DNA of 64,000 nucleotides from Pseudomonadota bacterium (GTDB taxonomy: Bacteria; Pseudomonadota; Gammaproteobacteria; Burkholderiales; Burkholderiaceae_D). Below are positions 27,642-36,930 of this stretch, piece after piece. How positions within the stretch are numbered: position 1 is the first letter of the stretch; each line of letters begins with the position of its first letter. The notes under the pieces were generated by a model. The model searched no databases. It worked only from the letters and a program-made list of their open reading frames with translations, and was not told the DNA's origin. Location: positions 94,837-158,836 of the forward strand of contig JAZKDW010000011.1 in the NCBI GenBank assembly GCA_040387375.1. Reading direction: 5' to 3'. Both the position numbers and the translations under genes were made by a program.

Positions 27642-27920
27642 GCTCGACATTATCCATTCAGCTGGCATGACAAAGCGAATCGATGAAGCGATCCACCAAA
27701 GGGCGTGGAATTTTTGTCGTGTCGGGCCTGCGGGACGTCGACGTTCTTCCCCCGAACTAGCGGGTTATGGATTCCCTCTTGCGAGGGAATGACGGTAGTA
27801 ATGGCGACGCTCTCCACTCTTGCCACCGTCGTTCCCGTGGAAACGGGAACCCAGACTGAGCTTGCATCACGAGACCGATACGCTCAGCTACGCCGCATGA
27901 ATGGATAAAGTCCAGCTGAG
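27638..27920. repeat. Mosaic intergenic repeat, copy b (complete, MITE-like with terminal inverted repeats)
   Basis: The TIRs CTGAGCTCGACATTATCCATTCA (27638-27660) and TGAATGGATAAAGTCCAGCTGAG (27898-27920) match 20/23. Internal ATTCCC/GTTCCC-N8-GGGAAT/GGGAAC palindromes lie at 27771-27790 and 27831-27850. It is homologous to copies a and c. Confidence 0.85.
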
Positions 27921-27988
27921 GTGTAACAAGCGGCCACGGAATTGCATGCCGCGCTCGAAAGCGAGCCAGGCATGCGCATCCATGCAGG

Positions 27989-28960
27989 TTATTTAAGCTT
28001 CAGCCATCCTCGCTTGCGGAAATACAGGAACGGCGCGATCGCACTGCCCAGCATCAGCAAAATCGCGAACGGATATCCAAAGTCCCAGTTCAACTCCGGC
28101 AGAATCTTGAAATTCATGCCGTAAATGCTGGCGATCAGCGTCGGCGGCAGGAACGCTACCGACGCCACCGAGAAAATCTTGATGATCTTGTTCTGATTGA
28201 TGTTGATGAAACCGACGGTTGCATCCATCAGGAAGTTGATCTTGTCGAACAAAAAAGCGGTATGGCTGTCGAGCGACTCGATATCGCGCAGAATTTGCCG
28301 GGCTTCTTCGAACTGGTCTGAATTGAGCAAACGTCCGCGCGTGAGGAAACTGACCGCCCGGCGCGTATCCATCATGTTGCGACGGATGCGTCCGTTCAAA
28401 TCCTCTTCCTGCGCCATCGCATTCAGGGATTCAGCCGCGTCCTGATCGGTAAATTCTTTCTGCAAGACGCTGCGGCTGACTTCCTCGAGGTTCTGGTAAA
28501 TACCCTCCAGCGCATCGGCGCAATATTCAGCGTCGGTTGCATACAGATCGAGCAGCACATCCTTGTAATCATTGATCGATCCGGGCCGCGAGCGGGCACG
28601 CATGCGCACCAGGCGAAATACCGGCAAGTCATCGGTATGCACTGAAAACAGCATGTTTTTCGCGAGAATGAAGGCCACCGTGATTGCCCGCGACGGACCG
28701 TCATCTTCTTCCAGCAAAAAATCGGTGCGCAGATGCAGGTCGCCATTTTCCGCTTCGTAGTAACGGGCCGACGCTTCAATGTCCTTTACTTCGTCTTCGC
28801 CGGGCAGCGGCACGTCGTAAATGCTCTTGATCCAGTCGCGTTCCTCATCATTGGGATCGGTCAGATCGACCCAAACCGGCTCGACCTTTTCCAGATCGGC
28901 GCGGCTGTCGATGTTGACCTGGCTCAGCCGCCCGTTTTGCAAGACGAATACGTTAATCAT
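27989..28960 (-). CDS. corA: Magnesium/cobalt transporter CorA
   Basis: 323-aa ORF with a YGMNF signature before the last TM helix and two C-terminal TM segments. Confidence 0.9.
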   Translation of the reverse strand: MINVFVLQNGRLSQVNIDSRADLEKVEPVWVDLTDPNDEERDWIKSIYDVPLPGEDEVKDIEASARYYEAENGDLHLRTDFLLEEDDGPSRAITVAFILAKNMLFSVHTDDLPVFRLVRMRARSRPGSINDYKDVLLDLYATDAEYCADALEGIYQNLEEVSRSVLQKEFTDQDAAESLNAMAQEEDLNGRIRRNMMDTRRAVSFLTRGRLLNSDQFEEARQILRDIESLDSHTAFLFDKINFLMDATVGFININQNKIIKIFSVASVAFLPPTLIASIYGMNFKILPELNWDFGYPFAILLMLGSAIAPFLYFRKRGWLKLK

Positions 28961-29295
28961 GTGCTCTCCCTGCTGCGCCTGCAGGCACAGCCCACCCCGC
29001 AGAGGACCTCTGCAGGTAAAAAATATCTTGGGGAACGCGGCCTGAATCAGCCTTGGACGCGACCACCCACCATTAATGGCGAGAGGGCGCTCTGGAAAGC
29101 TCGCAGATTAGCGCTATCTCGCCGACTGGCCGTCCGGCGACGGCTGATAACTATCAGATGGAATACCCAAAACGGGCCTCCGGAAACGAAAACAGCGCAA
29201 GTGTACTTTCAACGAGAAGCAGAGGCAAGCGTCAAACGAAATGAGCCGCTTTTCCGGCAATCCATGTTGCCAAGCTAGTCAGGTTCAGGACTTTT

Positions 29296-29991
29296 TCACG
29301 GCAGTTCAGCAGACCCCATGCGTCGCAAGATCAGGCCGGTACGACGTCCCAGATAACCCGAGCCCTGGTTTTTATCGTAAAAGCGCGGATTGGGCAGCAT
29401 CACGGCCAAGCGGGCTGACTGGCTCGCACTGAGCTGGGCTGCGGATACGCCGTAGTAATGGCGGGCGGCGGCTTCGGCGCCAAACACGCCACTGCCCCAT
29501 TCAACAACATTGAGATAGATCTCGAAAATGCGCTCTTTATCCATCCAGAATTCGAGCATGTACGTGATCACGAATTCCTGCGCCTTGCGGACATAACTTC
29601 GGTCACCGGATAAAAACAGGTTCTTGGCAAGCTGCTGGGTAATCGTCGAGCCGCCGGCGACCACCTTGCCCTTTTTCGTATTCTTTTCATACGCCTTTAA
29701 CAAGGCGTCCCAGTCAACGCCGACATGCTCCGAAAAATTGGAGTCTTCCGATGCAATGATCGCGCGCTTCAGATTATTCGAGATGCGCTGATAAGGCACC
29801 CATTTATATTTGAGCGCCGCCTTCGGGTTTTTGTCCTGCAGCACCGACAGTTGCTGGCGCATGAAGCTGGTTGAGCCTGGATTGTGATCCACCCACCACC
29901 AGATCTGCAAAAAGAAGTACAACTGAATGACCAGCACGATGGCGACCGGCACAATAATCAGCCACAAGAACAGCTTGCGCAATATTTTCAT
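29296..29991 (-). CDS. mtgA: Monofunctional biosynthetic peptidoglycan transglycosylase
   Basis: GT51 motifs ([19 protein letters not shown]; [12 protein letters not shown]) and an N-terminal TM anchor. The ATG at 29991 ([10 protein letters not shown]) avoids overlap with aroE; the track start at 30078 is an over-extension. Confidence 0.9.
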   Translation of the reverse strand: MKILRKLFLWLIIVPVAIVLVIQLYFFLQIWWWVDHNPGSTSFMRQQLSVLQDKNPKAALKYKWVPYQRISNNLKRAIIASEDSNFSEHVGVDWDALLKAYEKNTKKGKVVAGGSTITQQLAKNLFLSGDRSYVRKAQEFVITYMLEFWMDKERIFEIYLNVVEWGSGVFGAEAAARHYYGVSAAQLSASQSARLAVMLPNPRFYDKNQGSGYLGRRTGLILRRMGSAELP

Positions 29992-30017
29992 TTTTTTATT
30001 CACCGGCCTGGCCGGTA

Positions 30018-30842
30018 TTACCTTGTTGCGCGCAGCTCGGAGAATACGGGGGCGGTGTCGGGCCGGATGTCGCGCCACAGGAAAAACGATTCGGCCGCCT
30101 GCTCGACCAGCATGCCCAAACCATCTCTCACCGCAGCGCCATGTTGCGCGGCAAACTGCATGAAGACGGTTGGTTCGCTCCCATACATCATGTCGACCGC
30201 AAATGCATAGTCACCGAATACGGAGGGCGGGATGGCGGGCACTTCGGCGGCGATGCTGGCGGAGGTCGCGTTGACTATGATGTCGAACGTGCCCCGCAGG
30301 CTTGAAAAATCAGCCGCAAGAATATTGTCGTGCGCGCTTGCGAACTGCTGTGCCAGTTCTACCGCCTTCGACTGGGTGCGATTGGCAATCACCAGTTCAG
30401 CCGGACCTTCTGACAAAAATGGCAGGATGACACCGCGCGCGGCGCCGCCGGCACCGAGCAGCAATACTCTTTTCCCGGTCATTGGAACACCGGCATTTTT
30501 CACGATATCGGCCACCAGTCCGACACCATCCGTGTTGTCGCCGACAATGGCGCCGTCAATGAATTTCAGCGTATTGACCGCGCCGGCGGCACGCGCCCGC
30601 GCGGTAAGTTCATGGGCCAGCGCATGTGCTTCCAGCTTGAAAGGCACCGTGACGTTGGCGCCCCGCCCACCTCGCTTTATGAACGCCTGCACGGTGGCGA
30701 CAAATCCGTCCAGCGGCGCCAGCAGGCGCTCGTAGACCAGGTTCTGTCTTGTCTGCGCCGCAAAGCGCGCATGGATGTCCGGCGATTTGCTGTGGGAGAC
30801 CGGATGTCCGATCACCGCGTACAGGTCTGGCTTGTCTGTCAA
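30018..30842 (-). CDS. aroE: Shikimate dehydrogenase
   Basis: 274-aa ORF with [30 protein letters not shown] and the GAGGAARG Rossmann motif. Confidence 0.9.
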   Translation of the reverse strand: MTDKPDLYAVIGHPVSHSKSPDIHARFAAQTRQNLVYERLLAPLDGFVATVQAFIKRGGRGANVTVPFKLEAHALAHELTARARAAGAVNTLKFIDGAIVGDNTDGVGLVADIVKNAGVPMTGKRVLLLGAGGAARGVILPFLSEGPAELVIANRTQSKAVELAQQFASAHDNILAADFSSLRGTFDIIVNATSASIAAEVPAIPPSVFGDYAFAVDMMYGSEPTVFMQFAAQHGAAVRDGLGMLVEQAAESFFLWRDIRPDTAPVFSELRATR

Positions 30843-30844
30843 AA

Positions 30845-31735
30845 CTATCCCCCTCGTAATTCTGCTTCAAGCACATCGTCGCGTGTGAATTTGAAGCGGG
30901 TAATGATTTCCCATACATCGTTCTTGCCGGTCGAGCGCATCCTTTCGGGAAACGGCCCGAATGGCGCTGCTCCGCGCACGATGCGCAATGCCGCTTGATC
31001 GAGCGCGGCATTGCCCGAACTGATCTCGACACGGGGACCGCCTTCTTTTTCGTAAATGGAGCCATTGTCAAAAATGGGAATATAAATCACCAGTTCGCCG
31101 TACAGCTTCTTGCCGTTTTGCTGCGGAAATCTGACCGTGCCCAGATTTTCTATCTTTTTTTGCAAGGTGGCGTAATACATTGCATAACCCACTTCGCGCG
31201 TGCTCGGCGTTATCTGGGTTTTTTTCGGACGCTTGTTGTAGTCCTCGATGTTCTTGGCGATTTCCGCTTCCCTCCGCTGCAGCGCCTTCGCGCTATCGAC
31301 CTTGTCGGCACCGTCCGGTAGCGGCGGTGCTGGTTGCGGCCGGTCCTGGTCGCTCAGCGGTGGAGCGGAAAACGGCGTCTTTCTGGTTGCCTGGGAAAGC
31401 AGCCTGTGCTGTTGCTCCTCGAGTTCGGCGATACGGCGTTTTGTCGCCTGGACACTGTCGCCATCCTCGCTCCTGCGCAGATCGGGCAGCGGCGATTTTG
31501 CCCGGCCGGCGTCGGCATTGCCGCCACCGTCGAGATTGGCCTGTGCCAGGGCATCGGCCTTGAGCGGCTTTTTATCGTGTTTCGCATTGACCAGGATGAC
31601 TTCCAGTCCCGGATCGGCAGGCTGAAAACGGAATGCATCGGGCGTAGAAAATCGCACCGCCAGCATTGCGCCATGCGCCAGTACCGAAGCGGCAATGGCG
31701 ATGCTCAGCGTGCGATTTTTAACAGGTAAGTTCAC
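30845..31735 (-). CDS. TonB-family energy-transducer-like protein
   Basis: 296-aa ORF with an N-terminal membrane anchor (LSIAIAASVLAHGAMLAV), a charged/Pro-rich linker and a C-terminal TonB-like domain (..GNAALDQAALRIVRGAAPFGPFP). GTG start. Confidence 0.65.
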   Translation of the reverse strand: MNLPVKNRTLSIAIAASVLAHGAMLAVRFSTPDAFRFQPADPGLEVILVNAKHDKKPLKADALAQANLDGGGNADAGRAKSPLPDLRRSEDGDSVQATKRRIAELEEQQHRLLSQATRKTPFSAPPLSDQDRPQPAPPLPDGADKVDSAKALQRREAEIAKNIEDYNKRPKKTQITPSTREVGYAMYYATLQKKIENLGTVRFPQQNGKKLYGELVIYIPIFDNGSIYEKEGGPRVEISSGNAALDQAALRIVRGAAPFGPFPERMRSTGKNDVWEIITRFKFTRDDVLEAELRGG

Positions 31736-31828
31736 GCGCGATAGGAAAAAGAGTTGCCATGAGTAATGAGTTCTACGAGAATTCTACGACAAAGCCTGGC
31801 GATTTTTAGCCCGGCTTTTCAGAATGAA

Positions 31829-33865
31829 TCACTCTGGTGTCGATTGCACATCATCAATGCGCGCGGCTGTGGTTATTTCGTCGCCCACAGCACTGGCCTC
31901 TCCCTCAGCCGTTTCCCCACCCTCGGCCTCATCGTCATCAGTCTCCGGCACCGATTCAAGCGCAGGTGTGCTGGCAATGTCGAGCAGGCGCGCTTCGATC
32001 GTCAGTTCCACTTCATCCCAGCGCAATAAATCCAGCCTGACCTGCGTACCGCGCGCCACCTGCGGCATGCCCGGCAGCTTGATCACCAGCGGAATATCAA
32101 CCAGACGCGTGATCTCATCTTTCAGCACGACGGCATCAACCTGCTTCGCCTGTTCCTGCCGCAGCCAGCGCAGACACCAGTAACGTTCCATGTTGAACTG
32201 GAAATCGGCGTAAGCGCCATAAGCACCGTCAAACGCGGACACGATCGCAAACAAGTCCGCATCCCGCGGCTTGAACGGCGCCACCAGAGGCGCGGCGACG
32301 CCGTGCTCGACACATGCCAGAATCTGCCATTGATTGACCAGGTCGGGGTAACGGCGCAACGGCGACGTGCTCCAGGCATATTGATCAACCCCCAAACCCT
32401 GGTGCGGCGCCGCGTGCGTCACCATCCGCACCTGCATCTTGGCAGCCCAGCCGCCGCTGCCGCCACCCTGGCTGCGGTAAATCCCCGGCACGCCGTGCTC
32501 ATGCATCATCTTGCCCCAGCTGCTGTTGGCAAAAATCATCAGCTCGGCGACGATTTTATCGAGCGGCGCACCGCGCTTGCGGCGGCTGATGGTGACGATA
32601 TCGTCTTCCACATAAAAATTGAAATCGACCCGATTGGTTTGTTCCGGCCTGAGGCCAAAACCCTCGCGTTTGGCCATGCGGCCTTTTTCCAGCACTTGCG
32701 CCCACTGCCATATCAGCGCGATGTCAGCCTTGTGCGGATAATCGCCGGCGCCGAGCGCGAGGTTCTCTTCGGTCACCAGCGCATCAAGATCGTTGTGGCG
32801 CAGGTTGGCGGCAATCGGCACTGTTTCCGCCCTGGTTTCAGTACTGATGACGGACCAGTCAGCCGGGTCGAGTGTGGCGTACAGCGACACTGCGGGGCAG
32901 GTGCGGCCTTCGGCCAGTGTGAACGCTTCGACCAGCGCATCCGGCAGCATCGTGATTTTGTCACCGGGCATGTACACGGTGGATAAACGCTGCCGCGCGA
33001 TGGCGTCAATTGCATCGCCGCGCAAAATGCCCAGCGCTGGCGCGGCGATATGGATGCCGATGCGCACATTGCCATCGGCGAGCGTAACGACTGAAAACGC
33101 GTCGTCGATTTCCGTGGTGGTGACGTCGTCGATCGAAAACGCCTGCACGTCGGCGACTGGCAGGGTTGGCATGCCGGGAATGGACATGGCGGGAAAGCCG
33201 GTGCCTTTCGGGAAATGCTCGATCAGGAATTTCGAAAGATGCAGTTCCTTCGGCGATTTGATGCCGCCGACTGCCAGCATCAACTGCTGCGGTGTGGTGT
33301 GCAATTCCGTGCAGGCGGCGTCGAGTGCCTTGAATTCGATACTGTTTTTATCCGGCTTGAACAGCAGTTGCAGCGCCAGCGGCGCCATTGCGGCGGGCAA
33401 TCGATTCTGCTTGAGCTCCTCGACATACTGCGCCTGGATCAAGGCCTGCTGCTTTTTCTTTTCAACGCCGGCCAGCGCTGCCTTGAGCGCTGCCTCGGGG
33501 GCGGCCTTGTAGCGGCCTTTGCCTTTGCGGTAAAAATAAATCGGCGCGGAATGCAGTCTCAGCAGCAAACCTGCGGCTTCGTGCGGTTTGGGCGCCTGTC
33601 CGAAATACTCTGCGCCCAGTTCGGCAAAACCAAATTCTTCCTGGCCGGCGACTTCCCACAGGAAATCAAGGTCGACTTCTGCGGCAACGGCTTGTGCATC
33701 GGCCAGCAATTCGGCCGGCGCCGGCGAGGCAAACTGCAGCAGCACATCCTTGGCACGCACCTTGGTGCGTTTACCGCTTTGCATCTCGACCTGATACGCC
33801 TCGCCTTGTTGAGACAAGGCCACGCCGGCCTTGAAGTCACCGGATTCTTCAAAAAATAGATTCAT
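31829..33865 (-). CDS. RNB-domain exoribonuclease (RNase II / VacB family)
   Basis: 678-aa ORF with RNB catalytic-region motifs (IDDVTTTEIDDAFSV; YRSQ; HQGLGVDQYAWSTSPLRRYPDLVNQ). It has an acidic C-terminal tail. Confidence 0.8.
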   Translation of the reverse strand: MNLFFEESGDFKAGVALSQQGEAYQVEMQSGKRTKVRAKDVLLQFASPAPAELLADAQAVAAEVDLDFLWEVAGQEEFGFAELGAEYFGQAPKPHEAAGLLLRLHSAPIYFYRKGKGRYKAAPEAALKAALAGVEKKKQQALIQAQYVEELKQNRLPAAMAPLALQLLFKPDKNSIEFKALDAACTELHTTPQQLMLAVGGIKSPKELHLSKFLIEHFPKGTGFPAMSIPGMPTLPVADVQAFSIDDVTTTEIDDAFSVVTLADGNVRIGIHIAAPALGILRGDAIDAIARQRLSTVYMPGDKITMLPDALVEAFTLAEGRTCPAVSLYATLDPADWSVISTETRAETVPIAANLRHNDLDALVTEENLALGAGDYPHKADIALIWQWAQVLEKGRMAKREGFGLRPEQTNRVDFNFYVEDDIVTISRRKRGAPLDKIVAELMIFANSSWGKMMHEHGVPGIYRSQGGGSGGWAAKMQVRMVTHAAPHQGLGVDQYAWSTSPLRRYPDLVNQWQILACVEHGVAAPLVAPFKPRDADLFAIVSAFDGAYGAYADFQFNMERYWCLRWLRQEQAKQVDAVVLKDEITRLVDIPLVIKLPGMPQVARGTQVRLDLLRWDEVELTIEARLLDIASTPALESVPETDDDEAEGGETAEGEASAVGDEITTAARIDDVQSTPE

Positions 33866-33898
33866 TAATTACTTTGCTGGTTGAATTTGCTTGTTCGG

Positions 33899-35788
33899 CT
33901 ACATACCCCAGGCAGGCTCGGTTGCCTGTCCGCTTGCTTGCTCAGTTGCCTGATAGATGACCTGCGCCCTCAAGTCACGCTCGATGCGCGCCACCACTAA
34001 CTTGCTGTCGGCATATTCCGCGGGCTGGCAGGCAAGCGCTGGCCGTTCGATCTCCAAGCGGCGTACCGTGGTCAGCAGGCCATCCCTGGACTCGTAACTC
34101 GACAGATACGAAAACCCGCGCTCGGCAATCGTCCGGCCCCTCGGCAGGATCAGCCGGAAGGTCTTTGGCATGCGAATTTCATAACGGTCTTCCAGGCTCC
34201 ATGCAGGGCACCAGTATGGCAGCGTTCGAGCCGCACGTTTATAAATTGCCCGCAAGTGGTCGAACGCGATCGGTCCGACCACCAGCGGCGACAGCGGTAT
34301 CGTCCCATTTTCCGCGATCGCAAGAAAATTCCTGATGCTGACATTCAGGCGCATCGTGAACGACTCTCCATTGGCGCCGTCGTCAAACACGATCGTGCCG
34401 TCACCTTCGAAATTTTTTGCGTCCAGCATCTCGCGCACCCATTCGGCCTCCTTGCGCTTGCCGATCGATTGCTGCAATTCCCGCAATTCGATTGCAGCCG
34501 CGCCCCTGGCCGTAATGCTCAATTCCCCCGTCACCGCGCCATCGTCGGCAAGCACCAGGCGTGTCAGGCGGCGCACCGAAAATTGCGCCGGCCCGGCCAT
34601 CGGCGTACGCCGCACGCCGCTATACCCGGCGGTATGAATCACCGGCTTATCCATGTCCGCAATCGGTAATACCGCAAAAGGCGTGGCCGAACCCGCGGTT
34701 GAATCAAGATACAGGTCGAACGCCGGCAAATAGGTGATCACGTGGTTGAAAGCCGGATACACGACCGAGGGCAGCGCATAGGATGTCTTGTCGCTGTTGA
34801 TCATCACGGTAGTCGACTGGATGCCCTTGGCCGCCAATAATGCTTCCAGCAGCACCACATGGTCCTTGCAATCGCCGTAGCGTTTGGTCAATACCGATTC
34901 GGCGTCATGCGGAACCCAGCCGTCGTTGCCGACCCAGCTGGCGACATAACGCACATTTTTGGCAACCCATTCATAGAGTGCCTGCGCCTGCGCGCGCGGT
35001 TCCTGGATGCCGCGCGTGATCTGCCCGGCCATCAGCGCGATGGCCGGCGTGACTGCCGCCTTGGCCGCGGCACGCGCTTCATAGGCGGCCGCAAATTCGC
35101 CCCAGTCCTTGAAGGTGGAGGCGATCAGGTGCGGTGTGCTGGCCAGCATGTTCACCGCCGCCGGTTCATTGGCAATAATTGGCAAGTTGCGCGCCTGCCA
35201 GCGGTAAATGCGGCGGCCGTCCTGCTCGCTTGCAGGCAGGCTGTCGACCTGCACCGCTTCAATCTGCAATGGCAACGATGCCGGCACATCGACCGACACA
35301 TCGATGGCGTCCCATGCCAGGCCGCGCGAAAAGACACTGCTCATGTAAAACTGCCCCGGAAAAACAGGTTCTTTCTGCGTCATCCGATATCGGTACACGA
35401 CGGTGTCGCCGATTTCCAGATGGGGAAACGTGATCATCAAGGTACTCTGATCGGCCTGGGAAATGCCTGTTCCCGCTGCGAGCATGCCCTGTTGCGTTTG
35501 TATGCCGCTCGCACCCACATCGATCCGGCGGCCGTCTTTTTTCAGGGTGTAGGCTGCCATCAGGTCGGCCTGTTCCATCTTGCTGCTGTAGCTGATCGGC
35601 ATTTTCCCGCTGTTAACCAGTGCGGCGTCGGTCAACAAGCGATACGCAAATTCGCGCACCACACTGAAGGTGGCGTCCGCATTGACGCGATAATCCGCCT
35701 GGTATTTCAGAAAACGCACATGACCCTCGTCCTGCGCGAAGCAACACGATGCGATGCACCACAGGAACAGGAATAGCACTCGTTTCAT
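33899..35788 (-). CDS. Transglutaminase-like lipoprotein (DUF3857-type N-domain + transglutaminase core)
   Basis: 629-aa ORF with a signal peptide and lipobox (LWCIAS|C). The transglutaminase-core Cys motif YGDCKDHVVLL is present. The DUF3857 assignment is from memory of the family architecture. Confidence 0.7.
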   Translation of the reverse strand: MKRVLFLFLWCIASCCFAQDEGHVRFLKYQADYRVNADATFSVVREFAYRLLTDAALVNSGKMPISYSSKMEQADLMAAYTLKKDGRRIDVGASGIQTQQGMLAAGTGISQADQSTLMITFPHLEIGDTVVYRYRMTQKEPVFPGQFYMSSVFSRGLAWDAIDVSVDVPASLPLQIEAVQVDSLPASEQDGRRIYRWQARNLPIIANEPAAVNMLASTPHLIASTFKDWGEFAAAYEARAAAKAAVTPAIALMAGQITRGIQEPRAQAQALYEWVAKNVRYVASWVGNDGWVPHDAESVLTKRYGDCKDHVVLLEALLAAKGIQSTTVMINSDKTSYALPSVVYPAFNHVITYLPAFDLYLDSTAGSATPFAVLPIADMDKPVIHTAGYSGVRRTPMAGPAQFSVRRLTRLVLADDGAVTGELSITARGAAAIELRELQQSIGKRKEAEWVREMLDAKNFEGDGTIVFDDGANGESFTMRLNVSIRNFLAIAENGTIPLSPLVVGPIAFDHLRAIYKRAARTLPYWCPAWSLEDRYEIRMPKTFRLILPRGRTIAERGFSYLSSYESRDGLLTTVRRLEIERPALACQPAEYADSKLVVARIERDLRAQVIYQATEQASGQATEPAWGM

Positions 35789-36339
35789 TCGGGTCCAAGC
35801 ATGGCAATCGGCGGCAAGAACAGTTCGGTTACCAGCAACAGGCCGTTTTTACGCCGGAACAAACAGCGGCGCGCATACACGGGCGAGTCCATTCGCTCCG
35901 CGCGTATCGCCGCACGGGCCCTGCGCGCCAACGGATGCTGCGGGCGCAAACGCGCATATTCCAGCTCGCCGCGCAGCACCCGGGGATCGCCGAACAAGGT
36001 CGTGCCCAACGCGCGCTGGCCCAGTGTTCCAAAGACCGGCCAATCGGCTGTGCTGGCGGAGGGCGGCATGATCGTATGCGCAAACACCACCGGTTCCTCA
36101 TCACATCGCAACAGCACTTCGCGTGTCTGGACCCGGGTACGGCGCGCCAGGCCGACAGCCCGGTATTCGTCCGCCAGGCTGGATGTGTTCTCCTGGCGCA
36201 GGGTTTGCACACGGAATTGGCCGCACTGCGCAATCAGCTTCTGCGTCAGGGATGTCCTGTCGGTCAGCCACGGGCGCAATGCAGGCGGCGGATTGACGCC
36301 GTTGATGTGCGAAAACCAGCGTGCGCAGCCGAACGGCAT
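35785..36339 (-). CDS. ubiC: Chorismate pyruvate-lyase
   Basis: UbiC-like sequence (LRPWLTDRTSLTQKL..FRVQTLRQ..REVLLRCDEEPVVFAHTIMP). I prefer the start at 36339 (MPFGCARWF), which directly abuts the upstream stop; the track start is 36369. Its stop overlaps the downstream ATG (ATGA). Confidence 0.8.
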   Translation of the reverse strand: MPFGCARWFSHINGVNPPPALRPWLTDRTSLTQKLIAQCGQFRVQTLRQENTSSLADEYRAVGLARRTRVQTREVLLRCDEEPVVFAHTIMPPSASTADWPVFGTLGQRALGTTLFGDPRVLRGELEYARLRPQHPLARRARAAIRAERMDSPVYARRCLFRRKNGLLLVTELFLPPIAMLGPE

Positions 36340-36923
36340 CAGTGTGTCTTTCCGATTGGAAGCCGGCAAAAGCTCAGCACTTCATCGATATATTCACTGA
36401 AATCGGACAGACCGTGATCGCTGCCTTCGATCACGCGCTGGCGCGCGCCCGGATAATGCGCAACCATTTCCCGCCAGTCGAGCACCTCGTCGCCGGTCGC
36501 CGCCAGCAGAAAATAGCGCTCCGGCTGCGTGATCCGGTTTACCGCGAGTGCTGCCAGCTCATCGATATGGTCGCGCTTGAACTCGAACGGTTCGTCGGAA
36601 TGCCAGGCGGTCGTGACGCCGACATGCTTTTCCAGCTCGCGCAGCGGTGTGACTGCGGGATTCAGGAGCACGGCGCGGCAACCCCACTGCTCGGCCAGCC
36701 AGGTCGCATAATAACCGCCGAGAGAAGAACCGATCAGCGTGATGTCATCCGGCTTGCACTGGCCGGCAAGCTGTGTTGCCAGCGCGATGGCGGCGCGCGG
36801 CGACGCCGGCAATTGTGGACAAAGGAAGTCGGCCGGGCATCCCGCGTCCTGCAGGCGCGCTGCCAGCAGCCGCGCCTTGAAAGAATGGGGAGAGGAACGA
36901 AAACCATGGAGGTACAGGATCAT
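36339..36923 (-). CDS. yqiA: YqiA-family alpha/beta hydrolase (esterase)
   Basis: 194-aa ORF beginning MILYLHGFRSSP, with the nucleophile elbow GSSLGG and a C-terminal GSDHG. Confidence 0.75.
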   Translation of the reverse strand: MILYLHGFRSSPHSFKARLLAARLQDAGCPADFLCPQLPASPRAAIALATQLAGQCKPDDITLIGSSLGGYYATWLAEQWGCRAVLLNPAVTPLRELEKHVGVTTAWHSDEPFEFKRDHIDELAALAVNRITQPERYFLLAATGDEVLDWREMVAHYPGARQRVIEGSDHGLSDFSEYIDEVLSFCRLPIGKTH

Positions 36924-36930
36924 CTGGCAG

